Source: Anaeramoeba ignava BMAN (taxonomy: Eukaryota > Protista > Anaeramoebae). From it: DNA of 64,000 bases. Where the stretch lies: positions 310,001 through 374,000 of the forward strand of contig JAPDFW010000092.1 of the NCBI GenBank assembly GCA_028826165.1, written 5' to 3'. The notes beneath the pieces were generated by a model. The model was not told the DNA's origin and did no database searches. It saw only the letters and a list, made by a program, of their open reading frames with translations. The position numbers and the translations under genes were made by a program. Shown here one piece after another: positions 12,901-27,900 of this stretch. Numbering within the stretch: position 1 is the stretch's first letter; the number at the start of each line of letters is the position of its first letter.

Positions 12901-13759
12901 AACTTTTTCGATCATGTCTCAATTACTCCATTCAATTTCCTCTGGTTTATTGAATGTCATGTTAAGAAGTAAATCTTGCAAGTGCGGTGTTTGTATGAAT
13001 ATGAAATATTCTTTATCAATTATTAATCATTGGTTAGATGTTTCTGGTTATTCTCGACTTTGGTAATTAAATAAAAAAAAAATATTCCAATTAAAAAAAT
13101 ATTCAAACATGAAATTAAAAAAATTTCTTCTTTAATTTAGTTCTGATTTAAGACTTGCTCGTGAAGTTTTTGATTGTATTCTATTAAATAAAAAAATTAT
13201 TGCAGACCAAAAATTTGTTGCTTGGAAAGAAATTTGTGGTTCATTAACATTATTTCAAGTTCATAAATTATTATCAAATTTCAAACCTGATCAGTAAAAA
13301 AGAAAACAAAAAATTTAATTAAAAATTTAATTAAAAATTTAATTAAAAATTTATTTAAAAATTTATTTAAAAATTTATTTAAAAATTTATTTAAAAATTT
13401 AAAAATTTATTTAAAAATTTATTTAAAAATTTCAATTTAGATTTGATAATGAACCAATTAGTCAACAAAGTTTACAAGAATTTCTTGAATTAGCAAAAAG
13501 TTTCTATAAATTAAATCCAGAATTAAGTGAAATGGTTGATGAAAATGAATTAGAAGTTGATGAAAATTTTTTGTTTCCAGTTCGTAATGATTTTCCTAAT
13601 TATAATCTTGATGATTGGGATTCAGTTGTTGTTTCTGATTCTATAATTGATCAAGTCGATATTTCAATCTTATTCAAATCAATTTATGAAAAAGATAAAA
13701 AAGAAAAAACAGATTTAAAAAAATTTATGGAATTTAATTCAAATTATATTTTTTTCTAA
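9979..13759 (+). CDS. NT-C2 (EEIG1/EHBP1-type) + coiled-coil + Dilute (DIL) domain protein
   Basis: Exons 9979-10248, 10334-10879, ~10980-13062, 13141-13293 and 13441-13759. NT-C2 motifs (FIKWKR, ATWKDEF, FDPKKI, IGSFEID) and DIL motifs (WILSNV, MKYSLSIINHW, ICGSLTLFQVHKLLSNFKPD). Needs a 1-nt correction at ~11012 (A-run) or an alternative donor at 10740. Confidence 0.75.
10990..11305. repeat. Coding 12-mer repeat (AAAAATGATTCA)n = (KNDS)n
   Basis: Tandem 12-mer in frame with the downstream ORF. Confidence 0.8.
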
Positions 13760-13839
13760 TTTTTAAAAAAGAAAAGAAAAGATTTTGATTATTTTGATTA
13801 TTTTTATTTTTATTTTTATTTTTATTTTTATTTTTGGAA

Positions 13840-16563
13840 TTAATTCTTTAAAGAAATTCCAAAAATTCTTTCAAAATGATCCAAATATTTTTTAAATTTT
13901 TCATATTTTAAAATATAAATTTTAAAATATTGAATAATAGAAAACATTTTAATAGGATCATTCATAACCAATGTAGTTTCCAAAATTGATTCAATAATAG
14001 GATCATTCAAAATGATATTTGGGGTTTTTTCTATAAATCGAAGAGCTTGAATAACCATATTTCTTGAAATTAAGAGTTGAATGATTGATTCGAAATCATT
14101 ATTTCTTTTAAGCATATCAATTGCAATATATAAAGCAGGAGGATATTTCTTATCCAAAGCAGCAAGTTGGTAAGCGACATAATTTGAGTCATCGATGATA
14201 TGAAATTGAACAAATTGATACAATTGAGAAAACTTGTTATTTTTCACTAATAATTCAATAATCATACTAAATAAAAAATGTTGAATTGGAATGTGATAAA
14301 AATTCAAACTTCGAATATATTCTGTAAGAACAGAAATCAAATATCGATCTTCAATCAATTGATTTTCTTGAACCTCCAAAAAAACATGTTTATATAAATC
14401 TTCTTGATGAAGAACAATGTATCCTTGAGCACTTTTTTGGGGAAATTGAAGAATGTTTTTGAGTCTTTCATTCGCAATTTCCATTTCGTTTTTATTATTT
14501 TCTTTTTGATCCTCTTTTTCTTTTTGATCTTCTTCTGTTTTTTCTTGGTTTTCTTCAAAATTAAGAATAATAAATTCTGTTTCAATATCTCCGTATTGTT
14601 TCTTTTTTGGAGTCTCTTTAGACAATTCCAAACTAGAATGCATTTGGTTTCCTTTTCCATTATTTTCCAAGTCTTGATTTAATTGAAGACTACTGTGAGT
14701 TCTTTTGAATTTTGGTGTTAAATCAAGAAGAAATGGATTCTTTTTATTTTGATTTTGATTTTCCTTTTTTTTCCCTTTTTTCTTTTTTTTCTGTTTGTTT
14801 GGTTTGTTTGGGCTTTTGTCTTTTACTTGAGCTTTTCCTGCTAAATTTCTTATGTGGTTAATTATATCAAAACAATATGAAAGTATCTCAAGTTTTTCAT
14901 TTTCTTCAATTGATATTTTCAAGAATTTCAACAAAACAAATTTTGAATCTGCTCTTTGAAAAAGAAATTTGATTCGATGGAATTTATCTCGAATGCATGA
15001 TGCAACTGTATTTAAATCAATATCATAAAATGAAATGAATCCTGTAAATGGATCCAAAATATAATTTGGTAAAAAATGTGCCCATGCTTTTTTGTGTAAT
15101 AAAAACAATTTTTTTTTGAGTTCATTTTCATTTTCATTTTCATTTTCATTTTCATTTCCAATTCCAATTTGATTTTGATTTTGATTTTGATTTTCATCTT
15201 CAATTTCATTTTCATTTAAATTTTCATTTTCATCTAAATTTTCATTTTCATCTAAATTTTCATTTTCATTTAAATTTTCATTTAAATTTTCATTTAATTT
15301 ATGATTTTTATCCAAAAAAAATGCTTTTTCTAAACTCAATGTAATTGGTTTGATAGATAAAGGAAATATAATTGATTCAGGCTTAACTGTATCATCTCTA
15401 ATATCATAAAACATAGTTCTTTGTGATTCCAAATCATGAAGTAGTAATAAATTATCAACAACACTAATTGCAAAATTAGATTGTAAAGCTGGAATTTCAA
15501 GAAAAGGTTTTGTAATTTCTTCCTTTGTAATTTTATATAATAATAAAAAGTTATTTTCTAATCCACTTTGAACTAATTGTGCACAATATAAATTGTTATA
15601 AAGTCGGATTAATAAAAGACTTTTATTCACTATTCCTATTCTTTTCCTGATTCTTTTCTTCATTTCTCTGTGTGCTCTTTCATTGTTTACTTTTTTTGTT
15701 TCTTCAAATATTGGATATTTTAATTCAATTTTAGGTAATTTAACAACTTGTGTTGGACGGAATTGATATCCTCTTATTTGTTTTCCATTTAATTCTGTTG
15801 ATAATAATATTAATTTATTCTCAAACTATTTAATTTTATTTTAATTTTATTTTAATTTTTTATAAATTTTTATAAATGAATTTAAATTATTTTTAATTTT
15901 ATAAATTACAGAATATGAAGCTCCATGAATTTGTGAATGTTTAAAAATATTAATCCTTTTTATATTTTTTTTATCTTCTTCAATCTAAAATTTTAAATAA
16001 AAAGAATTAAAAATTTTTTTTTCTCAATTTAAATTTTCTTTATTTAAAAAATTACAAATAAATGTTCAAGTGTATAATTTGTAATTAAAAGTAATTGTAA
16101 ATTATCAAGCCATTTAATTGATAAAATAGTGAAGTTATTTTTGTTTGCAAATTTAGATTTATAAGTTAAAGTTTTTTTTGCTTCTTTTGTTTTCAATTTT
16201 CCTTTTCTTAAAAATAACTCAAATTCTGTATTATTATTTCTAACAATAGCAAGATATTTACGATTTGGAGAAATTGATATTTCTTGAATATAATCATTTA
16301 TATTGATTTGGGAAAGTCTATTAAAAAATAATCGAAGAGAAAATAAAAAAAAAATTTATAAATTGTATTTTTGTTTTTTAAGTTGAAATTTTTTTTTTTT
16401 ACTTTATTGCTTCATTTTTTTCAAATAAATATCCAATGCATTTAAGTGTTTTATTTTTAAGTAAAATTATTTGTTGAAGAATTTCATCGAATTTAAACCA
16501 TTGATATTCATTTGGATCAAAGATAATTGGTGATTCCAATTTTACATGAATTTCTTTTTCCAT
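13840..16563 (-). CDS. RMC1: Regulator of MON1-CCZ1 complex (Mic1/C18orf8)
   Basis: Exons 16563-16403, 16317-16056, 15984-15910 and 15825-13840, all GT-AG and in frame. C-terminal Mic1 domain YLISVLTEYIRSL...LYQFVQFHIIDDS...YPPALYIAIDMLKR, with a beta-propeller-like N-terminus. Confidence 0.88.
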
Positions 16564-16676
16564 TTAAAAAAAATAAAAATAAAAAATGAAAAATGAAAAT
16601 GAAAAATATTTTTTTTGCTTTATTATTTTTTAAAGAAAAAATTGATTTTTGTTTTTGTTTTTGTTTTTTTTTGCTT

Positions 16677-18871
16677 TTATAAAGTCAAAATAATTGAAGA
16701 TAAAGAAAGAAAAAATAGAAAAACTGGATAAATTGCTAATACTTTTTTGTTTGTTGGAATAAATGGAGAAATGAAACTAATTGATGAAATAATTGACCAA
16801 ATAAATCCAATTCCAGCAAAAATAAATTTTACAACAATATTATTGAAAATTAATGATATTATTGAAGCAATATTTAAAGGGAAGATGCAATAACCCAAAA
16901 CACAAACAGTTTGGAAAAAAGATCTAAATTTTTGATTTTGAATTTGAAATTGAAATTAATTTTTGATTTTGAATTTGAATTTGAATTTGAATTTGAATTT
17001 GAATTTGAATTTGATTTTGATTTTGATTTTGATTTTGGTTTTGAATTTGAATTTGATATTGATATTGATATTGATATTGATATTTATATTTATATTGATA
17101 TTGATATTGATATTGATATTGATATTGATATTGATATTGATATTGATATTTATATTTATATTTATATTGATATTGATATTTATATTTATATTGATATTGA
17201 TATTGATATTGATATTGATATTGATATTGATATTGATATTGATATTTATATTGATATTTATATTGATATTTATATTGATATTTATATTTATATTGATATT
17301 GATATTTATATTTATATTGATATTGATATTGATATTGATATTGATATTGAATTTGAATTTGAAATTGATATTGATATTGAAATTGATTTTTGAAATTGAA
17401 TTTGATTTTTGAATTTGATTTTGATATTGATATTTATATTTATATTTATATTGATATTGATTTTTGATATTTATATTGATATTGATATTGATATTTATAT
17501 TTATATTGATATTGATATTGATATTGATATTTATATTTATATTTATATTGATATTGATATTGATATTGATATTGATATTGATATTGATATTTATATTGAT
17601 ATTTATATTTATATTTATATTTATATTTATATTGATATTGATATTGATATTTATATTGATATTTATATTGATATTTATATTGATATTGATATTGATTTTT
17701 GAATTTGATATTTTTATATTTGATATTGATATTGATATTGATATTGATATTTTTATATTTATTTGATATTGATATTATATTGATATTGATATTGATATTG
17801 ATATTTATATTGATATTGATATTTATATTGATATTGATATTTGATTTTGATATTGATATTGATATTGATATTTGATATTGATTTTGATATTTGATATTTG
17901 ATATTGATATTGATATTGATATTTATATTGATATTGATATTTATATTGATATTGATATTGATATTGATATTGATATTTATAATTTATATTGATATTTATA
18001 TTGATATTGATATTGATATTTATATTGATATTGATATTTATATTGATATTGATATTTATATTGATATTGATATTGATATTGATATTTATATTGATATTGA
18101 TATTGATATTGATATTGATATTTATATTTATATTTATATTGATATTTATATTGATTTTTTGATATTGATATTTATATTGAATTTGAATTTGAATTTGAAT
18201 TTGATTTTGAAATTGAAATTGAATTTGAATTTGAATTTGAATTTGATTTTGAAATTGAAATTGAATTTGAATTTGAATTTGAATTTGAAATTGAAATTGA
18301 AATTGAATTTGAATTTGATTTTGATATTGAATTAGATTTCTACATATTCCCTCCTAATAATAACGCATTAATAGTAACAATTCCAGAACCAATCCAAATT
18401 ATAAAAAATATTAAAGCAAAAACTAAAGAAGATTGATTTTCTGGAGCTCCATGACTTAAAATTCTAAATAAAATAAATAAAATAATATAATTTTAAAAAC
18501 AAGAAAAAAAATCATTTTATTAAAAAAAATTAAAATACACTGATAATAATAAACAAAGGAAAAGTGGTCCCCATAAATCCCCTATTTAATTTTTTAATTA
18601 TTATTTTAATTATTTTTCATTTTATTTTTTTCTTATAAATTCTTTTTACAGTCTCTAAGATTATCTTTATCTCCTCTAAATATTAAAACTTGCTTTAATT
18701 TTGTTCCTATTCTTTTTAAATCTCGTAACTTTTTTATTTTTTAATTTTTTAAATTTTTAATTTATTTTTAATTGATTTTTTTTTTACTAATGTTGCAAAA
18801 ACTGATTCATCAAGTGTATTTCCTATTTCTTCATTTGGAATCATTAATTCAGAATCTAATTGATTTGCCAT
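16677..18871 (-). CDS. YIPF6: Yip1-domain Golgi membrane protein (YIPF6/Yip4)
   Basis: Exons 18871-18788, 18728-18650, 18581-18539, 18463-18344 and 16923-16677. Spliced product has [51 protein letters not shown] and LAIYPVFLF. The ORF track misses all but the last exon. Confidence 0.92.
16924..18343. repeat. Intronic (GATATT/TATATT)n core flanked by (GAATTT/GATTTT)n
   Basis: The 1420-nt YIPF6 intron 4 is almost entirely hexamer repeat. Confidence 0.92.
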
Positions 18872-18969
18872 TGATTTTCTAATTTTGAAAAAAAAAAAAT
18901 GAAAAAAATAATTTTGAAAGAAATAATTTTTTTTTATTTAAATTTTTTTTTTTGGATTATTTAATCAAT

Positions 18970-21900
18970 TCATTTTCTTTCATTAATTCCCCAAATTCTT
19001 AAAAAACCTTCACAATCACCAGAATAAACTTGATTTAAATCTGCAAAATAAAACAAAGAAGTAGTTGGAACATTAGACTGAATTTCGATTGTAAAAATAT
19101 GATTTAAATCAAAAGCATCAAAAATATTGATATTTCCACTTTGAGTTCCAGTAAAAATCACATTTCTTAAAGTTCCAAAATCAGCTGAACTGAAAGTGGC
19201 TGAATGAATGAAACCTTGAGAATTCGGAGACAAGTTTTTTGTTGTTATAAGATGCCCATTAATTGTCCACAAATTGAGAGTGTTAATATTTTTTTGTGAA
19301 TCAAAATCAAAAATTTTTTGAGAATAAAATTTTGATGAAAAAGTAACAATATCACCAGTGATTTCACTTATTGCAAGAGTAGAAACAGGACCAACATGAT
19401 TTTCCAATGAAAAAACACAAGATAAAGAATTCATATCCCAAATAATAACAGATCCATCAAGTGATGCAGTCAAAATCACATGAAATTCAGAAGATGCAAT
19501 AATTTTTAAAATTGAATCAGTGTGTCCAAACAATTTATCTTTAAACTTAAATCCTGTGATTTTCTTTTGTGAACGGATGATTTCCCAAATATATACTATT
19601 CCTTTTTTTCCGCCTGCAATGAATATACTTCCATCATTTGGAGTTGCACAACAATAAATAATATCATCAATATCTTCTCCAAATGTTAGTAAAATTTTTT
19701 TGGATTTATTAATACTTGATAATTTGAATGAATCCTCAAATTCCTTTATTTGTATAATCATTTCCTTTTCTGGTTTTATTACGCATGTGTTTTTGTGAAT
19801 TAATATAATATTTTTTCCTTTGGAAACAATTTCTTGAATTGGTGAAGTTGTTTTCTTACTATCAATACAGGATAATAAATGTAAGTTTGAAAGTAAATCA
19901 TGTTGATTATGATAATTTTTGAGAAATTCTCTTGAAAGAAGTTCTTTTATGTTTTCATTTTCATTTTCAATTTCATTTCCATTTTCATTTTGATTTTGAT
20001 TTTCATTTTCAATTTGATTTTCATTTTCATTTTCATTTTGATTTTCAATTTGATTTTCATTTTCATTTTCATTTCCATTTTCATTTTCAATTTCATTTTG
20101 ATTTTGATTTTGATTTTGATTTTGATTTTGATTTTCAATTTCAATTTGATTTTGATTTTGATTTTGGTTTTGATTTTGATTTTGATTTTGATTTTGATTT
20201 TCATTTTGATTTTGATTTTGATTTTGATTTTGATTTTGATTTTGATTTTGATTTTGATTTTGATTTTGATTTTGATTTTGATTTTCATTTTGATTTTGAT
20301 TTTGATTTTGATTTTGATTTTCATTTTGATTTTGATTTTGATTTTGATTTTGATTTTGATTTTGATTTTGATTTTTATTTTCAATTTCAATTTCATTTTG
20401 ATTTTGATTTTCAATTTGATTTTGATTTTGATTTTGATTTTGATTTTGATTTTGATTTTCAATTTCAATTTGATTTTCAATTTGATTTTGATTTTGATTT
20501 TGATTTTGATTTTCATTTTGATTTTCATTTTCATTTTCATTTTCATTTTTTCAATTTCAATTTGATTTTGATTTTGATTTTGATTTTGATTTTGATTTTG
20601 AATTTGATTTTCAATTTGATTTTGATTTTGATTTTGATTTTGATTTTCATTTTCAATTTGATTTTGATTTTGATTTTGATTTTGATTTTCATTTTGATTT
20701 TCATTTTGAATTTGATTTTCAATTTCAATTTGATTTTCAATTTGTTTTTCAATTTCAATTTGATTTTCAATTTGATTTTGATTTTGATTTTGATTTTGAT
20801 TTTGAATTTGATTTTGATTTTGATTTTCAATTTGATTTTCATTTTCAATTTCATTTTCATTTTGATTTTGATTTTCAATTTGATTTTGATTTTGATTTTG
20901 ATTTTGATTTTGATTTTGATTTTGATTTTCAATTTCAATTTCAATTTGGTTTTCATTTTGATTTTCATTTTGATTTTGATTTTGATTTTGGTTTTCATTT
21001 TCAATTTGATTTTGATTTTGATTTTGATTTTGATTTTGATTTTGAATTTGATTTTGATTTTGATTTTGATTTTGATTTTGATTTTGATTTTGATTTAGAT
21101 TTTGATTTAGATTTTGATTTTGATTTTGGTTTTGATTTTGATTTTGATTTTGATTTTCATTTTCATTTTGATTTTGATTTTGATTTTGATTTTCATTTGT
21201 TAATTCATTTGTTAATTCATTTGTTAATTCATTTTGATTTTCATTTTCATTTTCAATTTTAATATTATTATTATTATTATTATTGTTGTTGTTGTTATCT
21301 TCTTTGAATTGAAATTCATCTTCTTTTGAAATCAACATTCTTCTTTTTGGATGTTGTCTCTTAAAAATTTGAATAGGAGTTTGCCCAAAATTTTGGATCA
21401 TAGTAATAAATCCTTTTTTTTCAGATCCATCTTGAATTGAATCAATATCGATTCCACCTTCATAACTATATGGATGGAATGCATTGCATGAGTTAACAGC
21501 TCTTTTTCCTTTTTGTTTATATCCAAATATCAAATCAATCCATAAATGAATATTTTCAGAAACATAAGGAGATTCAAGAGCTTCTGAATACATTTTAGTT
21601 AATGATCTTGGATCATGGCGATTAATTTCACCCAAAATTATGTGATCAATTATTTTTCCTCTGTGGTTTATTCCTAAATTATAACCATTTAAATTCCATA
21701 AGAATTCATGAAGGAAGAAAAACTCTGGAGTCAATTCCTTTAAAGTGTTTTGGAAATTTCCTCCAACTTCTTTTGTAAACTTGGGGATCGAAGCAAACAT
21801 TCGATCAGGAAGATCGAATTTTCCACTTTGAAAATCAACAAGCAAAGATGCAAATGGTTCCAAACGAGCCATAAAGAAAAGTACTGTTCCTGGATTTGAG

Positions 21901-24900
21901 TAATGTGTTCCATAGTTATAAGGAGGTTCTCCATTTCTTAAAAGCTCACGATAGTGCTTTTGAGCATAATTGAATTGTTCTTCTGTTTGAGCTCCCATTG
22001 GTTTTGAGAGATCTCGAAACATTTTCAAATCATTAAAATTTGTATTGTTGAAATTTGCGTCTTTGAGGATATTTGGTAATACTGGATATTGAGCCAAATC
22101 ATTGTAAGTTCTTCCTGCTAACGTGTTCAAATGCATCAAATATGCAAAATTGCTAATTTTGTGATTTTCCCAAAGTTTTGCGATTGATTTTCTTAGCGAT
22201 GATCCAATTGTTGATGATTCATAATCAATATAATGCGGTAATTCATGACTTAATATTTTCTCAAATACTTCATCTCTTTGATTCGCTTTTTCAAATGCAA
22301 AAAATAGTGTTTTACCTGTTGTCATAAAGAATTCAATTCCAACATTTTTTAGTAAATATCTTCTTTTGTGAATCTCTTTAATTTCGGAATATAAAATTGC
22401 CAAATGGTTATTAGAATTTGGATTTGTTTTTGTGGCTAATTCTCCTGTTATCGAAAGTTGAGAAAACTCTTCAATGAAAAAATGTATTTTCTTGTCTGAT
22501 ATTAATAGATCTCCTGAATATTCTGTGAGTAGTTTCACCCTAACACATTTTACTGTTATTTGCACGGTTTCATCAGATAATAATATATTCTTTACATTTA
22601 GGAAGAATTCTCGAGTTCCTGATAGCAATACTTGATAACTGAGAATATTGAACTTTATTAATTTTTTCATGATCTTTTTGGGATTAATTTCGGAATTTCT
22701 TAATATTTTCTGTATTTTTTGATTAATATATTGTGTATCCTCATTTTCATTTTCATTATTTTCATTATTTTCATTATTTTCACTTTCATTTTCATTTTCA
22801 TTATTTTCACTTTCATTATTTTCACTTGAAATTGTTGCATCTTTTTCAATCTCAGTTTTGAATCCTTGTTTTCTTTTTTCGTAAAGATAAATTTGGACGA
22901 TGAAATTATTTCGAAATCTGCAATATTCAATAGAATTTTTTGATGTGTTTTTCATTTGCAAATATCTTTTGCGGAACTCTTGTCGATCTGAAAACATTCT
23001 CTTCAGTTCTCCATCTCTAAAATTAAAAGGATTATGAGGCGAATCAAACTCAGCTAAATGATTGCCAATTTTCTTCATATCAACAAATCTTTTTTTCAAT
23101 CTTCTCCTTGTTCTATTTGGACATTCTGTCTCATCAATCTCAAACAAAACTAATTTCTCAGGAAGATTCCAGACACCTTTTTCATGTGTCATTTGTTGAT
23201 ATATATGGATGCATTTCTCGGAAACGAAAGATTCTTCATCAACGATTTTGCGGAACTTATCTAGTGCTTTTTTTCTTAATTCATTTTTCTTTTGGAATAG
23301 AAGATTGATTGCTTGATTTTGGGTTTCCTTCACTTTGTATTGGTAACTGCCTCGATTAGCTATAATATCTGCTTCCATTTCTTTAAATTTCTGATGAAAA
23401 TTCTGGGATTGAGCAAGCTCGTTTTTGATGAAAAATTGCGCTTTGGATTCTGTGCAAGACAAAATGATTTGTTTGTAATTGCTTTTGTATTGCAATTCGA
23501 GTTTTTTCCTTTTCCTTGATGATGACCCAATAATGTTTTTGGAATACTTCTTATTTTTCAATGCCTTATAAAAAAGTACTTCAATATCACGAGTTAAATA
23601 AGGAAATTTTGGTGATGTAAGTTTCGAAATCAAATATCCGAATATCACAGATGTTTCTTTGGATTCAATCATTAATGTGAAAAAGTCTTCATTTGTTGTA
23701 AAAAAATTTATGATGAATTCATGCAGTTTGTGAGAATTTGAACAATCCAGAAATGTATATGTTAATTTCATAATATTTTTATAAATATCTTCTTTGATGT
23801 TTTTGATAAATTTAGAATTTGAATGATTCATTTCATTCAAGCTTCTGTATTCCATTGAAAGAATTCCAAAGAGATGGCGAATGAATACGAAATCCTTTGA
23901 TGTCGGGAACTCTTGCTCTTCAGATGGGAATGCATTAGCAGAAAATAAGAATTGTGAAGAATTCCAGCTTCTTGTTAATTTTTTTTCTTCTGTTTCTTGG
24001 AAAAGATTGTTATTGATATAAGCATTTGATTTTGAATTTTTTAGAAAAAATTGAGTTTGTTGTGAATGATTTGCTTTTGGTAATGGAGACTGTGGGTTAT
24101 TTTCTTGCTCAGAAAAAAATGTGCAGTTTATCCAGAATAAAACTAGATCGGTGATCAATTTCTGATTTTCGACAAAATTTGAAATGAAAACCTCATCGGT
24201 TTCTTTGATTTTTTTCTGGAGATCTGTATGGAATAAAATGATCAAAGCAATTGCAATTTGTTGTTGGTATTCTCTGACTTGATTTTTGCTGAAATTTTTG
24301 ATGGACATTAAATTACAAAATACTTTCATCACAACATCTTGAATTCCTCCTTGAATTTTGCAGCTATATTCACAAATATCAATCAAGAAAAATATCAATT
24401 TTTCTTCTTTTTTCAACTTTTCATCATTTTTTGTTTTTTTTTGAGGACTTGATTTAATTGATTTTAGTTTTGCCAATGATTGGAAAGAGTTTGCAAATAT
24501 TGAGGTTTGGTTTTGATTTGCTTGAATCAATGAATTTTTTAAGTTTTGACTCATGTTCGAAAAGGATTTTTCACTAATTTCTTCTTCACTATAACTATAA
24601 CTATTACTATTATTATTACTATTATTATTACTATTACTATTACTATTACTATTATTATTACTATAACTACTCAAACTCAAACTAAAACTATCATTATTTG
24701 AGTTATTATTATTATTATTGAATGTATTTGGATTTGTTAATAAATTGGATTCGAAATTTTGTGGAAATTCCTTTCTTGTATTGGATTGCTCGTTCTTATT
24801 TTTCAAATTGATATTTTGATATAATTGATTCCTTTGTGGTTTTTGTTCTTGTTCTTCTTGGAGAATTGTTAACAACTTGCAAACATGTTCTATGATTCCT

Positions 24901-27900
24901 TTTTCAATGTATTCTTTTTGATGGTTTTGATTGAAAATTTTTTGAATGGATTCGATTATATTTATTTGTTGTGCTGCATCTTCTGTGATTTCAGAAACCA
25001 TAAAAAGCGGAACAAAAACAAAATTTTTAAAAAGCATCGAAAATAATTCGTCGAATAAATCTTTTACTGGAAATTGTTGAAGTTGGAAACCTAAAACATC
25101 AAGAGCTGAAGAAACAGTGAATGATTGAAGAATAGGTTTGAAGCCAATAATAATGTTGATTAATCTGACAAAAAGCAATCTTGTTTCATCTGAAATGTGA
25201 TTAGTCAATGAAACTAGTATAAGAGGAGACAAATTTGAAATGAAGGTTTTGACTTCTTGTTTTCGGGTTGATTCATTTTGACTCACTTCATTTTGGATTT
25301 TATCAACAAACATTCTAATCACAGAAACTCTCGACAAAGAATGATCATAAGGAAATTCGTCATCATCGTTGATAATATTAATCCCTTTGATGTTATTTTC
25401 ATCCTGATTATTTTCCCTATTTTCATTATCTAAATTTTTCTCTTGTTTTTTTTCCACAATATCTTCTAATTTTGGTTTTGTTTCTTCTGTATCAAAATTT
25501 AATAAGTTCTCGATATTCTTTTTCTTAAAATCATCAGATACAGATCTTACAATTGGCTCCATATTCATATTTTCTTCTGCTCTTCTTAAGGCAGGATACC
25601 CGCTTTTGGGAATAGGATTTCCTTTCATTTGATATTTGTTTGTATAATTTGTGCTTCTACTTTTCACAATTTTGGGTCCATTGGAATTTATGGATAAAAT
25701 TTCAGCGCGAGAATGATAATGATGTGTTTCAATGATATAACTGAAAATTGCTTCATAATCTGATTGTTTTTGTGTGAATTTTTCCATTATACCAACAATT
25801 ATATCAATTATAGCTGGGTCAAGAATTGGATCATCTCTGAAAATACTTAATAATTTAGCAAGGAAATTGAGCTTGCTTAGGCAATCAAAATTGTAAAGAA
25901 TTGAATCTGTTGTGTTGTTTGTCATTATGCTTAAAATTGTTGAGAATAATTGGATTTGAACATCTTTTTCTGCTCTTCGCCAAATTTGCCAATTCAAAAT
26001 TAAATGTTTAAATGCAGATCTATTGAGTATCAATTTATTTGGAGATGAACTCCATTGTTTTGTTTCTTTTTCATTCTCAAACTCATCTTGATTTGGAGAG
26101 GATGTAATCCCACAAAATTGAAAGCAGCACGCAAGAATTTTGGAGTCAAGATTCCAATCGTTATGAGAAAGAATTCTTGCAATCACTTGATATAATTTCG
26201 AGTTTTTCATTTCTCTCAGATTTTGGGTGTTGTTTTGAAGAAATGCTATTAATAATTCCAAACTTTTGTGTTGATATTCCTTAGTTCTGAAAAGAGAAGA
26301 AGCAAGAAAATAAACAACTAAGGATATTCCTCCAATAGAATCTATTGCCTCTTTGACTGTTGTTTTGTGTATGAATTTTGTGTGAGTATTCTTGAGATGG
26401 ATTTGTTCTTGTGTGATTTTGTGTGAATAAAGTGAATTATAAGCTGATTTCAAAGTTTGCTCGTCATTTCTTGATGATCTCTCATTTTTGAAAACCAAAT
26501 ATGATTCTTTCTTCAAATACAATGAAAATAGTAAATTTACTCGAAGTTTTTCAAGAGATGAAATGGATAAAAAGTCTTGTTGATTGGGAATTTGGTTTGA
26601 TTTGGAAGTATTAAATTGGCAAAATGAGAAAATATGATCATCAGAAGCATTAAAAGAATGAGGCATGTAATCAAACCCCAAGAAATACAAATTCAGCACA
26701 TCTGTCTGAGTGAATTGCTGAGAGAAAATGTGGACATTTCCCAGATAAAGATGATAGGCTTGAGGAAGCGATAAATTCCTTCTCCTTCTTCCAAAACAAA
26801 GTGAGTTTATTGAGTTTTTTTTGATTTCAAATGGGAAACTTGTGTTGCTTGTTTTTCTTCCGTTGATGAATAAAGCGAGATTATCTGTATCTCCAACTAA
26901 ATTGATTTTCTTCTGAGAAAAGCATAAAACAACATGATTCCATTTTGATTCTTCAAATTGTGATTCTTCAAAAACAATTTTTTTGGAATTTTGCTTGTTT
27001 TTAATGATAACCTCAAGTTTGGATTCAGTATTTAATGATATTTGCAAAACAGACTCGTTTTGTTTCTGTTTCTTCGAGTTTTTGATAAAGCTAATAAGTG
27101 GCTTGTAAGAATTTGGTATTTGCTCAGAAAAGGAAAACCAGAAACTGATTGTAATATTCTCTTGCCAATTACAAATGCTCCCAATATTTTTAACTGCAAT
27201 TTTCCCATATTTGTTTTCTGGAGAAACTTGAATACTGAAATAACTTGAAGGAGAAGTTGGAAACTTGTTCATTTTTGTTAAAATTTCAAGTATTTTAATC
27301 GGAAATGATTTTTCTTTCATGAAAGTGAACAATCTTTTGATTTCAATAACACTAATTGAACAAGAACCAAAGTGTTCAATAAGTTTGAAGCATTTTTTCT
27401 TGTAATGGATGAGAAGATGCCATTATAATTTTGGGATATTTATCAAAAATGGAAGAAAGAAAAGAAGAAGTAGATACAGAATATCGATTTGCTTCATTTT
27501 GTGAATAAAGTATAAGAGTTTTGAACACAGGTTGTATTGTTTCAATGGAAATTTTCTGAGATTTAATTTGCTTAGAAAAAAGCTCAAAGATATTATTAAA
27601 TGCAAGAGGGCATTCAATTTGAGGGAATTTTTGTTTTGGATATGTGTTTTCATAGAAAAATACTTCTGACAAAGATGCAAATTGATTTTGATTTTGATTT
27701 TGATTTTGATTTTGATTTTGATTTTGATTTTGATTTTGATTTTGATTTTGAATTTTGAATTTGATTTTGGTTTTGATTTTGATTTTGATTTTGATTTTCA
27801 CTTAAATCATCAGTATTCTTCATTTCTTGAAAATTTTCATAGAAATTTAATGTATATCCTTTGTGATAATTTTGAAGAATTGATTTAACGGAGAAAATTG

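Noticed and set aside
16911-18335. Long ILILIL/DIDIDI ORFs, and similar ones at 4069, 19932, 28654, 34503, 38857, 41315, 50068 and 60645
   Set aside because: Stop-free reading frames of microsatellites, lying in introns or antisense to real genes.
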